Shown: positions 22,764 through 35,753 of the stretch, in pieces
Layout: every line of letters begins with the position of its first letter
Position numbering within the stretch: position 1 is the first letter of the stretch
Assembly (NCBI GenBank): GCA_046546255.1
Contig: JBKGYE010000003.1
Location: 2,773-66,772, forward strand
Source of the DNA: Halorhodospira sp.
Lineage (GTDB): Bacteria > Pseudomonadota > Gammaproteobacteria > Nitrococcales > Halorhodospiraceae
Reading direction: 5' to 3'
DNA length: 64,000 nucleotides
The notes under the pieces: generated by a model
Told to the model about the DNA's origin: nothing
Databases searched by the model: none
Seen by the model: only the letters and a program-made list of their open reading frames with translations
Program-made: the position numbers and the translations under genes

Positions 22764-24119
22764 GTGCCCGATACGATCTGCGCCGCAGCGACCCCGCCCG
22801 GGCAGGGTGGGGTCGCTGTCGTTCGGATCTCCGGACCGGCTGCCTTCCCGATCAGCGAGCAAGTGGCAGGACCGTTACCGCCAGCACGGCAGGCGGTGTT
22901 GCGACGTTTCCGTGCTGCGGATGGCGAAACCCTTGATCGAGGCCTGGTGCTTGCCTTCCCGGCCCCCGGCTCGTATACCGGTGAGGACACGGTAGAGCTG
23001 CAGGGTCACGGAAGCCCGGCAGCGGTAGCGGCCGTGCTCGAGGCCTTAGGCGCAGCGGGCGCACGCCGGGCTGGCCCGGGGGAGTTTTCGGAGCGTGCTT
23101 TCCTCAACGGCCGGATCGACCTGACTCAGGCCGAGGCGGTAGCTGCGCTGATTGAGGCCGAAACCGAAGGGGCGCGGCGGGCAGCGTTGCGTTCCTTGGA
23201 GGGGGCCTTCGGCGATGAAGTTGAGGCAGTGACAGAGCAGCTGATCGAGCTGCGCGCCCGGGTCGAGGCCTTCCTCGATTTCCCTGAGGATGAGGATGCC
23301 CCTGCCGATCCACCGGATCTCATGGCCGAGATAGCAGCCGTGCGCAGCACGCTGCTGGCGATCCGCCAGCGGGCAGAGGCTGGGGTGCGGCTCGGGGAAG
23401 GACTACGCGCTGTCCTGGTCGGGCCGCCGAATGCAGGGAAGTCAAGCCTGCTCAATGCGCTCACGGGGCGCGAAGCGGCGATTGTCTCGGCGACCCCCGG
23501 GACCACCCGGGATGTGGTCAGTCAACGAGCGGTCCTCGGTGCACGGCGAGCGGAGCTGCTCGATACGGCTGGGCTGCGTGCGGCCGGGGAGCAGGACGAG
23601 ATTGAGCGTGAGGGCGCACGGCGAGCACGGGCCTCGGCTGCCGATGCCGATCTGCTGCTGGTGGTGGTCGAGGCTGGCGATGCGCTTTGTGCTGAGCATC
23701 AACAGCTGCTGCGGGCGCATGCGCCGCGGCCAGCGGTGCTGGTCCGGACCAAAGTGGATACTTGTGATACCCCTGCGGGCTGGTGGGAACAGACAGGGTG
23801 GGGGGGGCATGTCCGTGAGGCCTGGGTCAGCGCGGTGACGGGTGCCGGCATGGAGGCCCTGCGGACCGGTCTGGATACCCTGGTAGCGGATGATGCTGGG
23901 GAGGGGGCTTGGGCTGCTCGTCAACGGCATCTGGAAGCGCTCGATGCGGCGCTGATCGAGCTAGAGGGGGGTGCCGAGGCGATCCAGCTCGGCTCTCAGG
24001 AGGAGATCGTGGCCGAAGCACTGCGTCAGGCCCAGGAGCGGCTAGGGGAGGTGACCGGTCGGGTTAGCCACGAGGCCTTGCTGGATCGAATCTTCTCGAG
24101 CTTTTGCATCGGCAAGTAG
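22764..24119 (+). CDS. mnmE: tRNA modification GTPase MnmE
   Basis: DTICAAATPPGQGGVAVVRISG, GEFSERAFLNGRIDL, GPPNAGKSS, GTTRD, DTAG, C-terminal FCIGK; GTG start inferred. Confidence 0.95.
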   Translation: MPDTICAAATPPGQGGVAVVRISGPAAFPISEQVAGPLPPARQAVLRRFRAADGETLDRGLVLAFPAPGSYTGEDTVELQGHGSPAAVAAVLEALGAAGARRAGPGEFSERAFLNGRIDLTQAEAVAALIEAETEGARRAALRSLEGAFGDEVEAVTEQLIELRARVEAFLDFPEDEDAPADPPDLMAEIAAVRSTLLAIRQRAEAGVRLGEGLRAVLVGPPNAGKSSLLNALTGREAAIVSATPGTTRDVVSQRAVLGARRAELLDTAGLRAAGEQDEIEREGARRARASAADADLLLVVVEAGDALCAEHQQLLRAHAPRPAVLVRTKVDTCDTPAGWWEQTGWGGHVREAWVSAVTGAGMEALRTGLDTLVADDAGEGAWAARQRHLEALDAALIELEGGAEAIQLGSQEEIVAEALRQAQERLGEVTGRVSHEALLDRIFSSFCIGK

Positions 24120-24132
24120 CTCGCCCGTTCAT

Positions 24133-24277
24133 GGTTCCACGTGGAACATGCAGTGATCTCCTAGGTCTTAACATCACTGGTGAGAGGCGGTGCGTGAGAC
24201 GCTGGTGTTTCGTGCGCCTCACCCCTTGTTCCACGTGGAACAAGCCGGCTGCCGCCTGGGTGGTTCCACGTGGAACA
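24133..24277. repeat. Cluster of three parS palindromes
   Basis: GGTTCCACGTGGAACA at 24133-24148, TGTTCCACGTGGAACA at 24227-24242, GGTTCCACGTGGAACA at 24262-24277; parAB lies about 2.6 kb downstream. Confidence 0.92.
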
Positions 24278-24318
24278 GAAAGCTTGAGGCGTAGAGACGC
24301 GCACCCCAAAATCTCAAC

Positions 24319-26220
24319 ATGAAGACGAACCATTTCTCCGTCATCGTCATCGGTGGTGGTCACGCCGGCACCGAGGCCGCAGCTGCAGCCGCTCGGCTGA
24401 GACGTAAGACCCTGCTGATCACCCATAACCTCAACACCATCGGTGCCCTCTCTTGTAACCCCTCGATCGGTGGGATCGGTAAAGGGCACTTGGTGCGTGA
24501 GATCGACGCCCTCGGCGGGCTCATGGGGCAGCTGGCCGATGGCGCTGCCATTCATGCCCGCGTGCTCAATCGCCGCAAGGGACCTGCAGTCCGTGCGACG
24601 CGGATCCAGGCGGATCGGCCAGCGTATGCCCGGCTGGCGCGCGAGGCCCTGGATGCCCTTGGTCCGCTGCGCCTTTTCCAGGACGCCGCCTCGGAGTTGA
24701 TCGTCGAGGGAGAGCGCTGCCGGGGGGTGCGGACCGAGAGTGGGGCGGCCTTCTACGGGGAGGCGGTCGTGGTGACGGCCGGGACCTTTCTAGCAGGTAC
24801 GATCCACGTCGGGCAGGCGCGCTACCATGGCGGGCGAGCCGGTGATCCTGCTGCCGATCGACTCGCGGCGTCGCTGCGGGGGCTCGGGCTCGAGGTGCAG
24901 CGGCTGAAGACAGGAACTCCGCCGCGGGTCGATCGTCGTAGCGTGGATCTGGCGCGCTTGGAGGAGCAGCGCGGGGACGACCCTCGCCCACTGTTCTCCC
25001 CCTTTGCACCGCCCGCAGAGCCACTACCGGAATCGCCTTGCTACATCACCTGGACAACACCCGAGACCCACGAGAGCATTCGTGCCGCTCTGGATCAGTC
25101 ACCCGTCTATAGCGGGGCCATCGACTCGGTAGGGCCGCGTTATTGCCCTTCCATCGAGGATAAAGTCGTGCGATTTGCGGACCGGGATCACCACCAGGTC
25201 TTCTTGGAGCCTGAAGGGCTGTCTTCTACCGAGCTCTACCCGAACGGGATTTCCACGGGATTACCGTACCCGGTGCAGGAGGCGATCGTCCGCTCCATGC
25301 CAGGGCTCGAGCAGGCGCAAATCACCCGCCCGGGGTACGCGATTGAGTACGACTTCCTCGACCCGCGTACCTTGAGCCCGTGGCTGGAGAGCAAGGCGGT
25401 CAAGGGCCTTTATCGAGCCGGGCAGGTGAATGGTACCACGGGCTATGAGGAAGCCGCGGCGCAGGGGCTCGTCGCCGGCTTAAACGCTGCCCGGCAGGCT
25501 GCCGGCGAGGAGCCTTGGTTCCCGACGCGGGAAGAAGCGTATATAGGCGTGCTGATCGACGACCTGGTCACCGTGGGGGTGACTGAGCCGTACCGTATGT
25601 TCACGAGCCGTGCCGAGCATCGGTTGCGCCTGCGCGACGATAACGCCGAGGAGCGAATGACCGCGGCCGGCTATCGGCTTGGCTTGGTCAGCGAGACGCA
25701 GTGGAATCGCTTCGAGCGCTATCAGGCAGAGCTGGAGCGTGAGCGCGCGCGGCTCCATGCGGTTCGGGTTCATCCGGGGCAGCTGGATGAGGCGCGCACG
25801 GCACGCCTAGGTGGCCCCTTGCGGCGTGACCAGTCGCTCTTCGAGCTGCTGCGTCGTCCCGAGCTTGGCTACACCGATGTCCGGTTCATCGGCGCTCTGG
25901 AGGGAGAGGAGCCCACGGCACGTGTGGCGCAGCAGCTGGAGATCGAGGCGCGCTACGAAGGCTATGTGGAGCGCCAAGAAGCGGAGAATCATCGGCATCA
26001 ACGATATGCGCACGTCCGTCTGCCGGAGGCGCTTGACTATAGCGAGATCGAAGGGCTCTCTACCGAGGTGCGGGAACGCTTGGGCCGATCCCGGCCAGCT
26101 ACCATCGGCCAGGCTGCACGCCTGCCCGGGGTGACCCCGGCAGCGATCTCGCTGCTCTTGATCTTTCTGCGCCGGCGCGGCTGGCTCCGCGGTCCAGGAG
26201 GAGGTGAGGATGCAGCCTGA
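24319..26220 (+). CDS. mnmG: tRNA uridine-5-carboxymethylaminomethyl modification enzyme MnmG (GidA)
   Basis: VIGGGHAGTEAA, SCNPSIGGIGKG, KTGTPPR, GPRYCPSIEDK, AGQVNGTTGYEEAAAQG, YRMFTSRAE. Confidence 0.97.
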   Translation: MKTNHFSVIVIGGGHAGTEAAAAAARLRRKTLLITHNLNTIGALSCNPSIGGIGKGHLVREIDALGGLMGQLADGAAIHARVLNRRKGPAVRATRIQADRPAYARLAREALDALGPLRLFQDAASELIVEGERCRGVRTESGAAFYGEAVVVTAGTFLAGTIHVGQARYHGGRAGDPAADRLAASLRGLGLEVQRLKTGTPPRVDRRSVDLARLEEQRGDDPRPLFSPFAPPAEPLPESPCYITWTTPETHESIRAALDQSPVYSGAIDSVGPRYCPSIEDKVVRFADRDHHQVFLEPEGLSSTELYPNGISTGLPYPVQEAIVRSMPGLEQAQITRPGYAIEYDFLDPRTLSPWLESKAVKGLYRAGQVNGTTGYEEAAAQGLVAGLNAARQAAGEEPWFPTREEAYIGVLIDDLVTVGVTEPYRMFTSRAEHRLRLRDDNAEERMTAAGYRLGLVSETQWNRFERYQAELERERARLHAVRVHPGQLDEARTARLGGPLRRDQSLFELLRRPELGYTDVRFIGALEGEEPTARVAQQLEIEARYEGYVERQEAENHRHQRYAHVRLPEALDYSEIEGLSTEVRERLGRSRPATIGQAARLPGVTPAAISLLLIFLRRRGWLRGPGGGEDAA

Positions 26221-26842
26221 GGCGCTCCGGGCATGCCTGGCTGCGGCGGGCGTAGAGCTCCCTGTAGCGGCTTGCGTGCGCTTGGCGGCCTATGTCGAGC
26301 TGCTTATGCGCTGGAATCGTGCGTACAATCTGACTGCCGCGCGCACCGAGGAGGCCCTTGTTGAGCGCCACCTCCTCGATAGCCTCGTCATCCGAGGCTA
26401 TCTGCAGCCGGGTACGCTGTTGGATGTCGGCAGCGGTGCTGGACTGCCTGGCTTGGCGCTGGCCCTTGCGGAGCCCGAGCGGCCGGTGACGCTGCTCGAT
26501 TGTAATGGCAAGAAGACCCGTTTTCTGCGCCAGTGCTGCTCTGAGTTCGGGCTGTCCCAGGTGCGCGTCCAACAAGCCCGCATGGAAGGTCTGGCGGTGG
26601 AGACTGGCTACGCCGTGGTGACCGCACGTGCTGTGGCGGCGCTGAGCGAGCTCTTGCCAGCCACCCGGCACCTGCTTGCCCCGGGAGGCGTGCTGCTTGC
26701 CTTGAAGGGTGAGCGGGTGGCGGAGGAGCTGCAGGCGCTGCCCACGCAAGAGGCCGCAGCATTGGAGGTTCATGAATTGCCGAAAGCGGCTGGTCGAGGG
26801 CGGGCGCAGCTCGTCGTCTATCGCGCGCCTGTGCAAAGGTAG
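26210..26842 (+). CDS. rsmG: 16S rRNA m7G527 methyltransferase RsmG (GidB)
   Basis: WNRAYNLTA, RHLLDSL, LDVGSGAGLPG, ARAVA. Confidence 0.95.
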   Translation: MQPEALRACLAAAGVELPVAACVRLAAYVELLMRWNRAYNLTAARTEEALVERHLLDSLVIRGYLQPGTLLDVGSGAGLPGLALALAEPERPVTLLDCNGKKTRFLRQCCSEFGLSQVRVQQARMEGLAVETGYAVVTARAVAALSELLPATRHLLAPGGVLLALKGERVAEELQALPTQEAAALEVHELPKAAGRGRAQLVVYRAPVQR

Positions 26843-26884
26843 GAGCTGAGCCTGCGTGCGCGGCAACCAAGTCAGGAGAAGGCC

Positions 26885-27682
26885 ATGGCTCGGATCATCG
26901 CAATCACTAACCAGAAGGGTGGGGTGGGCAAGACCACCACCTGCGTCAACCTCGCTGCTGCCCTCGCAGCGAACCGTAAGCGCGTGCTGCTCATCGACCT
27001 CGATCCGCAAGGGAACGCCACTGTAGGAGTCGGTCTCGACCGTCGAGAGGTTATGCCTACAGCGTATGAGGTGCTGATCGATCAGCGCCGGCTCGATGAG
27101 GCCGTCCACGAAGTGACGCAAGCCGGCTTTGATGTTCTCCCGGCCAACGGTGATCTCACGGCCGCGGAGGTGGCGCTGCTCGAGGCTGGACGGCGCGAGC
27201 AGCGGCTGCGCAATCAACTGCGGGAGGCAGCCGATCGCTACGACTATGTCCTGATTGATTGCCCACCATCGCTAAACATCCTGACCCTCAACGCCTTGGT
27301 GGCTGCGCACGGTGTACTGATCCCGATCCAGTGCGAGTACTTTGCCCTGGAGGGATTAACCGCGCTGCTCGATACGGTCCGAGGGGTCCAGGCGAGCGCT
27401 AACCCCGGCCTCGTCATCGACGGGCTCCTGCGGACCATGTTCGATGCCCGTAACAACCTAGCGAACCAGGTCGGTGAGCAGCTCGCCGCGCACTTTAAAA
27501 ACCAGATATATCATACGGTTATCCCACGAAACGTGCGCCTAGCGGAGGCGCCGAGCCACGGGCTACCGGCGCTGGCCTACGACCGGGCCTCACGCGGTGC
27601 CTTGGCCTATATGGCGCTTGCCGACGAGATGGAGCGGCGCCACCGCAGTGATGATGCTGCCTCGGCGGCCTCTTCCGCCTGA
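26885..27682 (+). CDS. parA: Chromosome partitioning ATPase ParA/Soj
   Basis: NQKGGVGKTTT, DLDPQGNAT, DCPPSL, QCEYFALEG, IPRNVRLAEAPSHG. Confidence 0.97.
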   Translation: MARIIAITNQKGGVGKTTTCVNLAAALAANRKRVLLIDLDPQGNATVGVGLDRREVMPTAYEVLIDQRRLDEAVHEVTQAGFDVLPANGDLTAAEVALLEAGRREQRLRNQLREAADRYDYVLIDCPPSLNILTLNALVAAHGVLIPIQCEYFALEGLTALLDTVRGVQASANPGLVIDGLLRTMFDARNNLANQVGEQLAAHFKNQIYHTVIPRNVRLAEAPSHGLPALAYDRASRGALAYMALADEMERRHRSDDAASAASSA

Positions 27683-27714
27683 GCCCACGAAAAGCGAGAG
27701 GAGCAAGCGCACGT

Positions 27715-28644
27715 ATGTCGAACAAAAGACGTGGACTCGGTCGCGGCCTGGATGCCTTGCTCGGCGCCGACCCGGAGGCGCTCGCTGGAGGGCAGCCAGC
27801 GGGTGAGGGACAGGCCCCCGAAACGGCGCAGCAAAAGGCCTCAGTGGAGGAGCAGCTGCAGGAGCTGCCCGTGGATAGGCTGGAGCGTGGCCCCTATCAG
27901 CCACGGCGTCACTTCGCCGAGCAGGCACTACAGGAGCTCGCCGACTCCATCCGGGTTCAGGGCGTGATCCAGCCCTTGGTGGTACGCCCTGGGCCACAAG
28001 GGCGATACCAGATCATTGCCGGTGAGCGGCGTTGGCGGGCGGCGCAGAAGGCCGGTGTGGAGAGCGTCCCCGCGTTGGTACGCGAGATCCCCGATGAAGC
28101 GGCGGTAGCGGTTGGGCTGATCGAGAACCTACAGCGTGAGGATCTCAATCCGCTCGAGGCTGCCGAGGCCTTGCGCCGCCTGATCCATGAGTTTGGGCTC
28201 TCCCACCAGCGCACTGCCGAGGCCGTGGGCCGCTCACGTACAGCCGTGACCAACCTGCTGCGGCTGCTCGAGCTTAACGAGGATGTGCAGCGCTTGGTCA
28301 GCGAAGGGCAGCTTGAGGCCGGTCACGCCAAGGTCCTCGCCGGCCTCGCAGGGACCGCCCAAAGTAAGGCTGCTGTACGGGTCGCACGCGAGGGCCTGAC
28401 GGTGCGCCAGACCGAGCGTTTGGTTCGCCGCTACCAGCAAGTGGCCGAGCACGGTGGCGAGGAGGGCAGGGCAAGTGATGCCCACCGGCTCGATCCCGAT
28501 GTCGAGCGGTTGCGCGATACGCTCGCCGAACGCCTCGGTGCTCCTGTCGATATCCAGCACAGCCGTCGTCAGGGCAAAGGTCGGCTGGTGATCCGCTACA
28601 GCAGCCTTGAGGAGCTCGATGGCATCCTAGGGCGTATCGGCTAG
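27715..28644 (+). CDS. parB: Chromosome partitioning protein ParB
   Basis: KRRGLGRGLDALL, YQPR, IIAGERRWRAA (CTPase), LIENLQREDLN, HTH. Confidence 0.97.
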   Translation: MSNKRRGLGRGLDALLGADPEALAGGQPAGEGQAPETAQQKASVEEQLQELPVDRLERGPYQPRRHFAEQALQELADSIRVQGVIQPLVVRPGPQGRYQIIAGERRWRAAQKAGVESVPALVREIPDEAAVAVGLIENLQREDLNPLEAAEALRRLIHEFGLSHQRTAEAVGRSRTAVTNLLRLLELNEDVQRLVSEGQLEAGHAKVLAGLAGTAQSKAAVRVAREGLTVRQTERLVRRYQQVAEHGGEEGRASDAHRLDPDVERLRDTLAERLGAPVDIQHSRRQGKGRLVIRYSSLEELDGILGRIG

Positions 28645-28658
28645 TAAGGAGCGTTGAT

Positions 28659-28687
28659 TTGACCCCCCCGCTGCCGCCCTTTAGACT
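28659..28687 (+). promoter_or_regulatory. sigma70 promoter for the atp operon
   Basis: TTGACC-N17-TAGACT. Confidence 0.7.
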
Positions 28688-28719
28688 CCTGCGATTGCAA
28701 CTGCGATAGGGCACGGAGC

Positions 28720-29142
28720 GTGGAAATCAGCGAAGCCCTTCATCAAGACTACGAGCCACAGGGCATGTGGCGCAGCCGGAGGCCTGCCGTACGGCTGGTG
28801 ACCCGGCTGCTCCTCGCGCAGCTAGGAGTCGGCGCCGCGATCGCCGGCCTCTGGCTGCTCGACAGCGGCTGGTCAGCCCTTGCCGCAGCCACGGGGATGG
28901 CCATCGCCGTGGTTCCCTCAGCCTATTTCGCTGCTCACCTCTTCTCCAAGGCGCCGGGTACGGCGCCGCGGGCGGTGGTGAGGGCCTTCTACCTCGGAGA
29001 GGTCGTCAAGTTGATTCTCACCGCGGCGCTATTTATGATCGCGCTCCGGTGGTTCGGCGGGCACTTCCTGCCGCTGATCACAACGTATGCGGCCGTATTA
29101 GGCACCTACTGGTTCTTCTTCTTGGGGGCCCTCCGTACCTGA
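28720..29142 (+). CDS. atpI: ATP synthase protein I
   Basis: Hydrophobic, AFYLGEVVKLILT motif, first gene of the atp operon; start uncertain. Confidence 0.85.
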   Translation: MEISEALHQDYEPQGMWRSRRPAVRLVTRLLLAQLGVGAAIAGLWLLDSGWSALAAATGMAIAVVPSAYFAAHLFSKAPGTAPRAVVRAFYLGEVVKLILTAALFMIALRWFGGHFLPLITTYAAVLGTYWFFFLGALRT

Positions 29143-29982
<840 letters not shown>

Positions 29983-30004
29983 ACTGCCCCACTTTCGACA
30001 CTGA

Positions 30005-30310
<306 letters not shown>

Positions 30311-30355
30311 ACACGCCGGCGCTCTTAAGCCGCCAGCTCGATCGGAGGTGAAACC

Positions 30356-30826
30356 GTGAATTTTGGTGCCACATTCTGGGGGCCGATGATCAGCTTCGCG
30401 CTGTTCGTCTGGTTCACCATGAAATATGTCTGGCCGCCGATCCAACAGGCACTCGCCGACCGCCAGAAGCAAATCGCCGACGGGCTCGCCGCCGGTGAGC
30501 GCGGCAAAGAGGAGCTGGAGAAGGCGCAGGCTGAGGTCGATGCCATGCTCCGGGATGCCCGCGAGCAGGCTAGCCAGATCATCAACCAGGCGAACAAGCG
30601 TCAGGCGGAGATGATCGAGGAGGCCCGAGCTGAGGCACGTCAGGAGGCGGATCGCATCCTCGCCTCTGCCCGCGAGGAGGTGGATCAGGAAATCCAACGG
30701 GCCCGCGAGGAGCTGCGCAAGGAAGTCTCCAACGTCGCCATCCAGGCGAGTAGCCGGATCCTCAAGCGCGAGGTCGATGCCAAGGCGCACAAGGATCTGA
30801 TCGACGATCTGGCGACGCAAATCTAG
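30356..30826 (+). CDS. atpF: F0 subunit b
   Basis: FVWFTMKYVWPPI..RQKQIADGL; 156 aa. Confidence 0.96.
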   Translation: MNFGATFWGPMISFALFVWFTMKYVWPPIQQALADRQKQIADGLAAGERGKEELEKAQAEVDAMLRDAREQASQIINQANKRQAEMIEEARAEARQEADRILASAREEVDQEIQRAREELRKEVSNVAIQASSRILKREVDAKAHKDLIDDLATQI

Positions 30827-30835
30827 GGAGGCGCT

Positions 30836-31372
30836 ATGGCCGAGCGCAGCACATTGGCCCGACCGTACGCGCGCGCCGTCTTCGAGCTCGCCGGCGACGA
30901 CGCGGCCGAGCGTGAGGCTTGGTCGCGTCGGCTCGCGGCTGTCGCCGAAGTGGTGCAGGTGCCGCAGCTCGCTTCACTACTGACGCACCCGCGCGTCACC
31001 CCGGAGCAGCTCGTGGCCATTATCTGCGACGCCGTGAGCGATCTCGGCGATCGAGGGCGAAACCTGATCCGCCTACTGGCGGAGAACCGGCGCCTGCAAT
31101 ACGCGCCGGAGATCGCCCGAGGCTACGAGCAGCTGCGCGCCGAGGCCGAGGGCATCCTCGATGTCGAGGTGCTCTCCGCTCAGGAGCTGGATGAGGCGCA
31201 GCGGGGACGCCTGACCGAGGCGCTGCAGAAGCGCTTCGGCCGAGAGGTGCGGCTGCAGACGCGGGTGGACGAGTCCCTCATCGGTGGGGCTGTCATCCGC
31301 GCGGGTGACACCACCATCGACGGCTCGGTGCAGGGCCAGCTGGCCCGCCTCTCGAGCGCACTGGTTCATTGA
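30836..31372 (+). CDS. atpH: F1 subunit delta
   Basis: [36 protein letters not shown]. Confidence 0.96.
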   Translation: MAERSTLARPYARAVFELAGDDAAEREAWSRRLAAVAEVVQVPQLASLLTHPRVTPEQLVAIICDAVSDLGDRGRNLIRLLAENRRLQYAPEIARGYEQLRAEAEGILDVEVLSAQELDEAQRGRLTEALQKRFGREVRLQTRVDESLIGGAVIRAGDTTIDGSVQGQLARLSSALVH

Positions 31373-31384
31373 CGAGGTAGGACG

Positions 31385-32926
31385 ATGCAAGTCAATCCAT
31401 CGGAGATCAGCGAGCTCATCAAGCGTCGCATCGAGGACTTCGACGCGGCCGCTGAGGCCCGCAACGAAGGCACTGTCGTCAGCGTAGGCGACGGGATCTG
31501 CCGTATCCACGGGCTCGCCGGCGCCATGTTCGGCGAGATGCTCGAGTTTCCTGGCGATACCTACGGCCTCGCCCTGAACCTCGAGCGGGACTCCGTCGGT
31601 GCCGTCCTCCTCGGCGACTACGAGCACGTCAAGGAGGGGGATACGGTCAAGTGCACTGGACGTATCCTGGAGGTCCCGGTGGGGGAGGCCCTGCTTGGCC
31701 GGGTAGTCGACGCGCTCGGCCAGCCCACCGACGGCAAGGGGCCGATCAAGGCGCAGACCTCCGAGCCCATCGAGAAGGTGGCGCCTGGTGTGATCACCCG
31801 TGAGGGGGTCGATCAGCCGGTGCAGACCGGCCTCAAGGCGATCGATGCCATGGTGCCCATCGGTCGCGGGCAGCGTGAGCTGATCATTGGCGACCGTCAG
31901 ACCGGCAAGACCGCCGTGGCGGTGGACACCATCATCAATCAGAAGAACAGCGGCATTAAGTGCATCTATGTCGCTATTGGCCAGAAGAACTCTACCGTGG
32001 CCAATGTCGCTCGCAAGCTCGAGGAACACGGCGCCCTTGAGAACACCATCATCGTGAACGCCGGCGCCTCCGAGTCTGCAGCCATGCAGTACATCTCGGC
32101 CTATGCGGGCTGCGCCATGGGTGAGTACTTCCGTGACCACGGCCAGGACGCGCTGGTGGTCTACGACGATCTGACCAAGCAGGCCTGGGCCTATCGGCAG
32201 GTCTCGCTGCTGCTGCGCCGCCCGCCGGGCCGCGAGGCCTATCCCGGCGACGTCTTCTACCTCCACTCCCGGTTGCTCGAGCGCGCCGCGCGCATCAATG
32301 CCGAGGAGGTGGAGCGGCGCACCGACGGCCAGGTCAAGGGGCAGACCGGCTCGCTGACGGCCCTGCCGATCATCGAGACCCAGGCCGGTGACGTCTCCGC
32401 CTTCGTGCCCACTAACGTGATCTCCATCACCGACGGCCAGATCTACCTGGAAACGGACCTGTTCAACTCCGGCATCCGTCCCGCGGTGAACGCGGGCCTG
32501 TCGGTCTCCCGTGTCGGTGGCTCGGCCCAGACGAAGATCATCAAGAAGCTGGGCGGCGGTGTCCGTCTGGCCTTGGCGCAGTACCGTGAGCTCCAGGCCT
32601 TCGCGCAGTTCGCCTCAGACCTGGACGAGACGACTCGCAAGCAGCTCGAGCGCGGCCAGCGGACCCTGGAGCTGATGAAGCAGGGGCAGTACGAGCCGCA
32701 GAGCGTCGGCGAGATGGCCTTCGTCCTCTTTGCCGCGAATGAGGGCTACGTCGACGACGTTGAGACCGACCAGGTGGTTCGCTTCGAGAAGGCGCTGCTC
32801 GACTATCTCCGCGCGGAGCATGCCGAGCTGCTCCAGCGTATCTCCGAGACGGGCGATTACAACGACGAGATCCATGCCGAGATGCAGCAGGCAATGGATG
32901 CGTTCAAGCGCAATCGCACGTGGTGA
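31385..32926 (+). CDS. atpA: F1 subunit alpha
   Basis: [36 protein letters not shown]. Confidence 0.99.
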   Translation: MQVNPSEISELIKRRIEDFDAAAEARNEGTVVSVGDGICRIHGLAGAMFGEMLEFPGDTYGLALNLERDSVGAVLLGDYEHVKEGDTVKCTGRILEVPVGEALLGRVVDALGQPTDGKGPIKAQTSEPIEKVAPGVITREGVDQPVQTGLKAIDAMVPIGRGQRELIIGDRQTGKTAVAVDTIINQKNSGIKCIYVAIGQKNSTVANVARKLEEHGALENTIIVNAGASESAAMQYISAYAGCAMGEYFRDHGQDALVVYDDLTKQAWAYRQVSLLLRRPPGREAYPGDVFYLHSRLLERAARINAEEVERRTDGQVKGQTGSLTALPIIETQAGDVSAFVPTNVISITDGQIYLETDLFNSGIRPAVNAGLSVSRVGGSAQTKIIKKLGGGVRLALAQYRELQAFAQFASDLDETTRKQLERGQRTLELMKQGQYEPQSVGEMAFVLFAANEGYVDDVETDQVVRFEKALLDYLRAEHAELLQRISETGDYNDEIHAEMQQAMDAFKRNRTW

Positions 32927-32992
32927 GCACGCGCTGCCGGGGGGCGTCCAGGCGCCTCCCGGCTGGCCCCATAACGACGCATAGGTGACGGC

Positions 32993-33862
32993 ATGGCCGG
33001 GGCGAAAGAAGTCAAGACCAAGATCAAGAGCGTACAAAATACGCAAAAGATCACGAGCGCGATGGAGATGGTCGCCGCGTCGAAGATGCGGCGAGCACAG
33101 GAGCGGATGGAGGCGACACGGCCTTACGCGGATAAGATCCGGCAGGTGATCGGCCATCTTGCCCATGCCAATCCGGACTACCGCCACCCGTTCCTGATCG
33201 AGCGCGAGGCGGTCAAGCGCGTCGGGTACATCGTCGTCTCCACTGACCGGGGCCTTTGCGGGGGGCTGAACGTCAACCTGTTCAAGGCAGCCGTCCAGGA
33301 CCTCAAGGCCTGGCAAGAGCAGGGTGTCGGTGCCCAGGTGGTGCCCATCGGTGCCAAGGGCATCGGCTTCTTTGAGCGGACCGGTGTCGAGATCCCCGCC
33401 GAGGTGCGTGATCTGGGTGACCGTCCCAAGCTCGAGCAGATGATCGGGCCGATCAAGGTCCTGCTCGACGCCTATATCGAGGGCACCATCGACCGGGTCA
33501 ATCTGGTCAGCAACCAGTTCGTCAACACCATGACCCAGCGCCCGGTGGTGCAACGCCTGATCCCGGTGGAGCCGATCCGGGAAGAGGAGATGCTCGAGAA
33601 CTGGGACTACATCTACGAGCCGGACGCCGCATCGCTACTCGATGATGTACTGCGCCGCTATGTGGAGTCCCAGGTCTATCAGGGCGTCGTCGAGAACATC
33701 GCCTGTGAGATGGCGGCGCGGATGATTGCTATGAAGAACGCCTCCGACAACGCCGGGCAGATCATCGACGAGCTGCAGATCACGTACAACAAGGCGCGCC
33801 AGGCGGCGATCACGCAGGAGCTCACGGAGATCGTCTCCGGCGCAGAGGCCGTGTCCGGCTAA
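32993..33862 (+). CDS. atpG: F1 subunit gamma
   Basis: [35 protein letters not shown]. Confidence 0.98.
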   Translation: MAGAKEVKTKIKSVQNTQKITSAMEMVAASKMRRAQERMEATRPYADKIRQVIGHLAHANPDYRHPFLIEREAVKRVGYIVVSTDRGLCGGLNVNLFKAAVQDLKAWQEQGVGAQVVPIGAKGIGFFERTGVEIPAEVRDLGDRPKLEQMIGPIKVLLDAYIEGTIDRVNLVSNQFVNTMTQRPVVQRLIPVEPIREEEMLENWDYIYEPDAASLLDDVLRRYVESQVYQGVVENIACEMAARMIAMKNASDNAGQIIDELQITYNKARQAAITQELTEIVSGAEAVSG

Positions 33863-35299
<1,437 letters not shown>

Positions 35300-35311
35300 T
35301 CCGGGGGTGCC

Positions 35312-35734
35312 ATGAGCACGCTCCAAGTCGACATTGTCAGTGCCGAGGAGCAGCTGTATACGGGGGAGGCGAACATGGTGGTCGCCCCTGCCGCTGAGGG
35401 GGACGTGGGGATCGCACCCCGTCACGCGCCCCTGCTCACCCGGCTGCGTCCCGGCGAGCTACGCATCGTCCGTGAAGAGGAAGAGGAGTTCTTCTTCTAC
35501 GCCTCGGGCGGCTTGCTTGAGGTTCAGCCCCACAAGGTGACGGTGCTCGCTGATACCGCCGTGCGAGCACGGGATATCGACGAGGCGGCAGCCATCGAGG
35601 CCAAGCGCCGCGCCGAGGAGAAGCTTCGCGAGCAGAAGGACGAGGTGGACTACAGCCAGGTCCAGGCGGAGCTCGCCGAGGCTGTGGCACAGCTGCGTAC
35701 CCTCGAGAGCCTGCGTAAGCGGGCCAAGCGCTGA
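35312..35734 (+). CDS. atpC: F1 subunit epsilon
   Basis: DIVSAE, GDVGIAPRHAPL, SGGLLEVQP..VTVLADTA. Confidence 0.97.
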   Translation: MSTLQVDIVSAEEQLYTGEANMVVAPAAEGDVGIAPRHAPLLTRLRPGELRIVREEEEEFFFYASGGLLEVQPHKVTVLADTAVRARDIDEAAAIEAKRRAEEKLREQKDEVDYSQVQAELAEAVAQLRTLESLRKRAKR

Positions 35735-35753
35735 GACGAAGGAGGAGACGAGC

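Noticed and set aside
23745-23762. MnmE G4 motif reads TKVD instead of NKxD
   Set aside because: (N/T)KxD is an accepted G4 variant and all other motifs are intact, so this is not a pseudogene.
24133-24277. Repeated palindromes as a possible mini-CRISPR, REP cluster or oriC next to gidA
   Set aside because: The 16-bp units match the parS consensus, spacing is irregular, and there are no cas genes, DnaA boxes or AT-rich unwinding element here.
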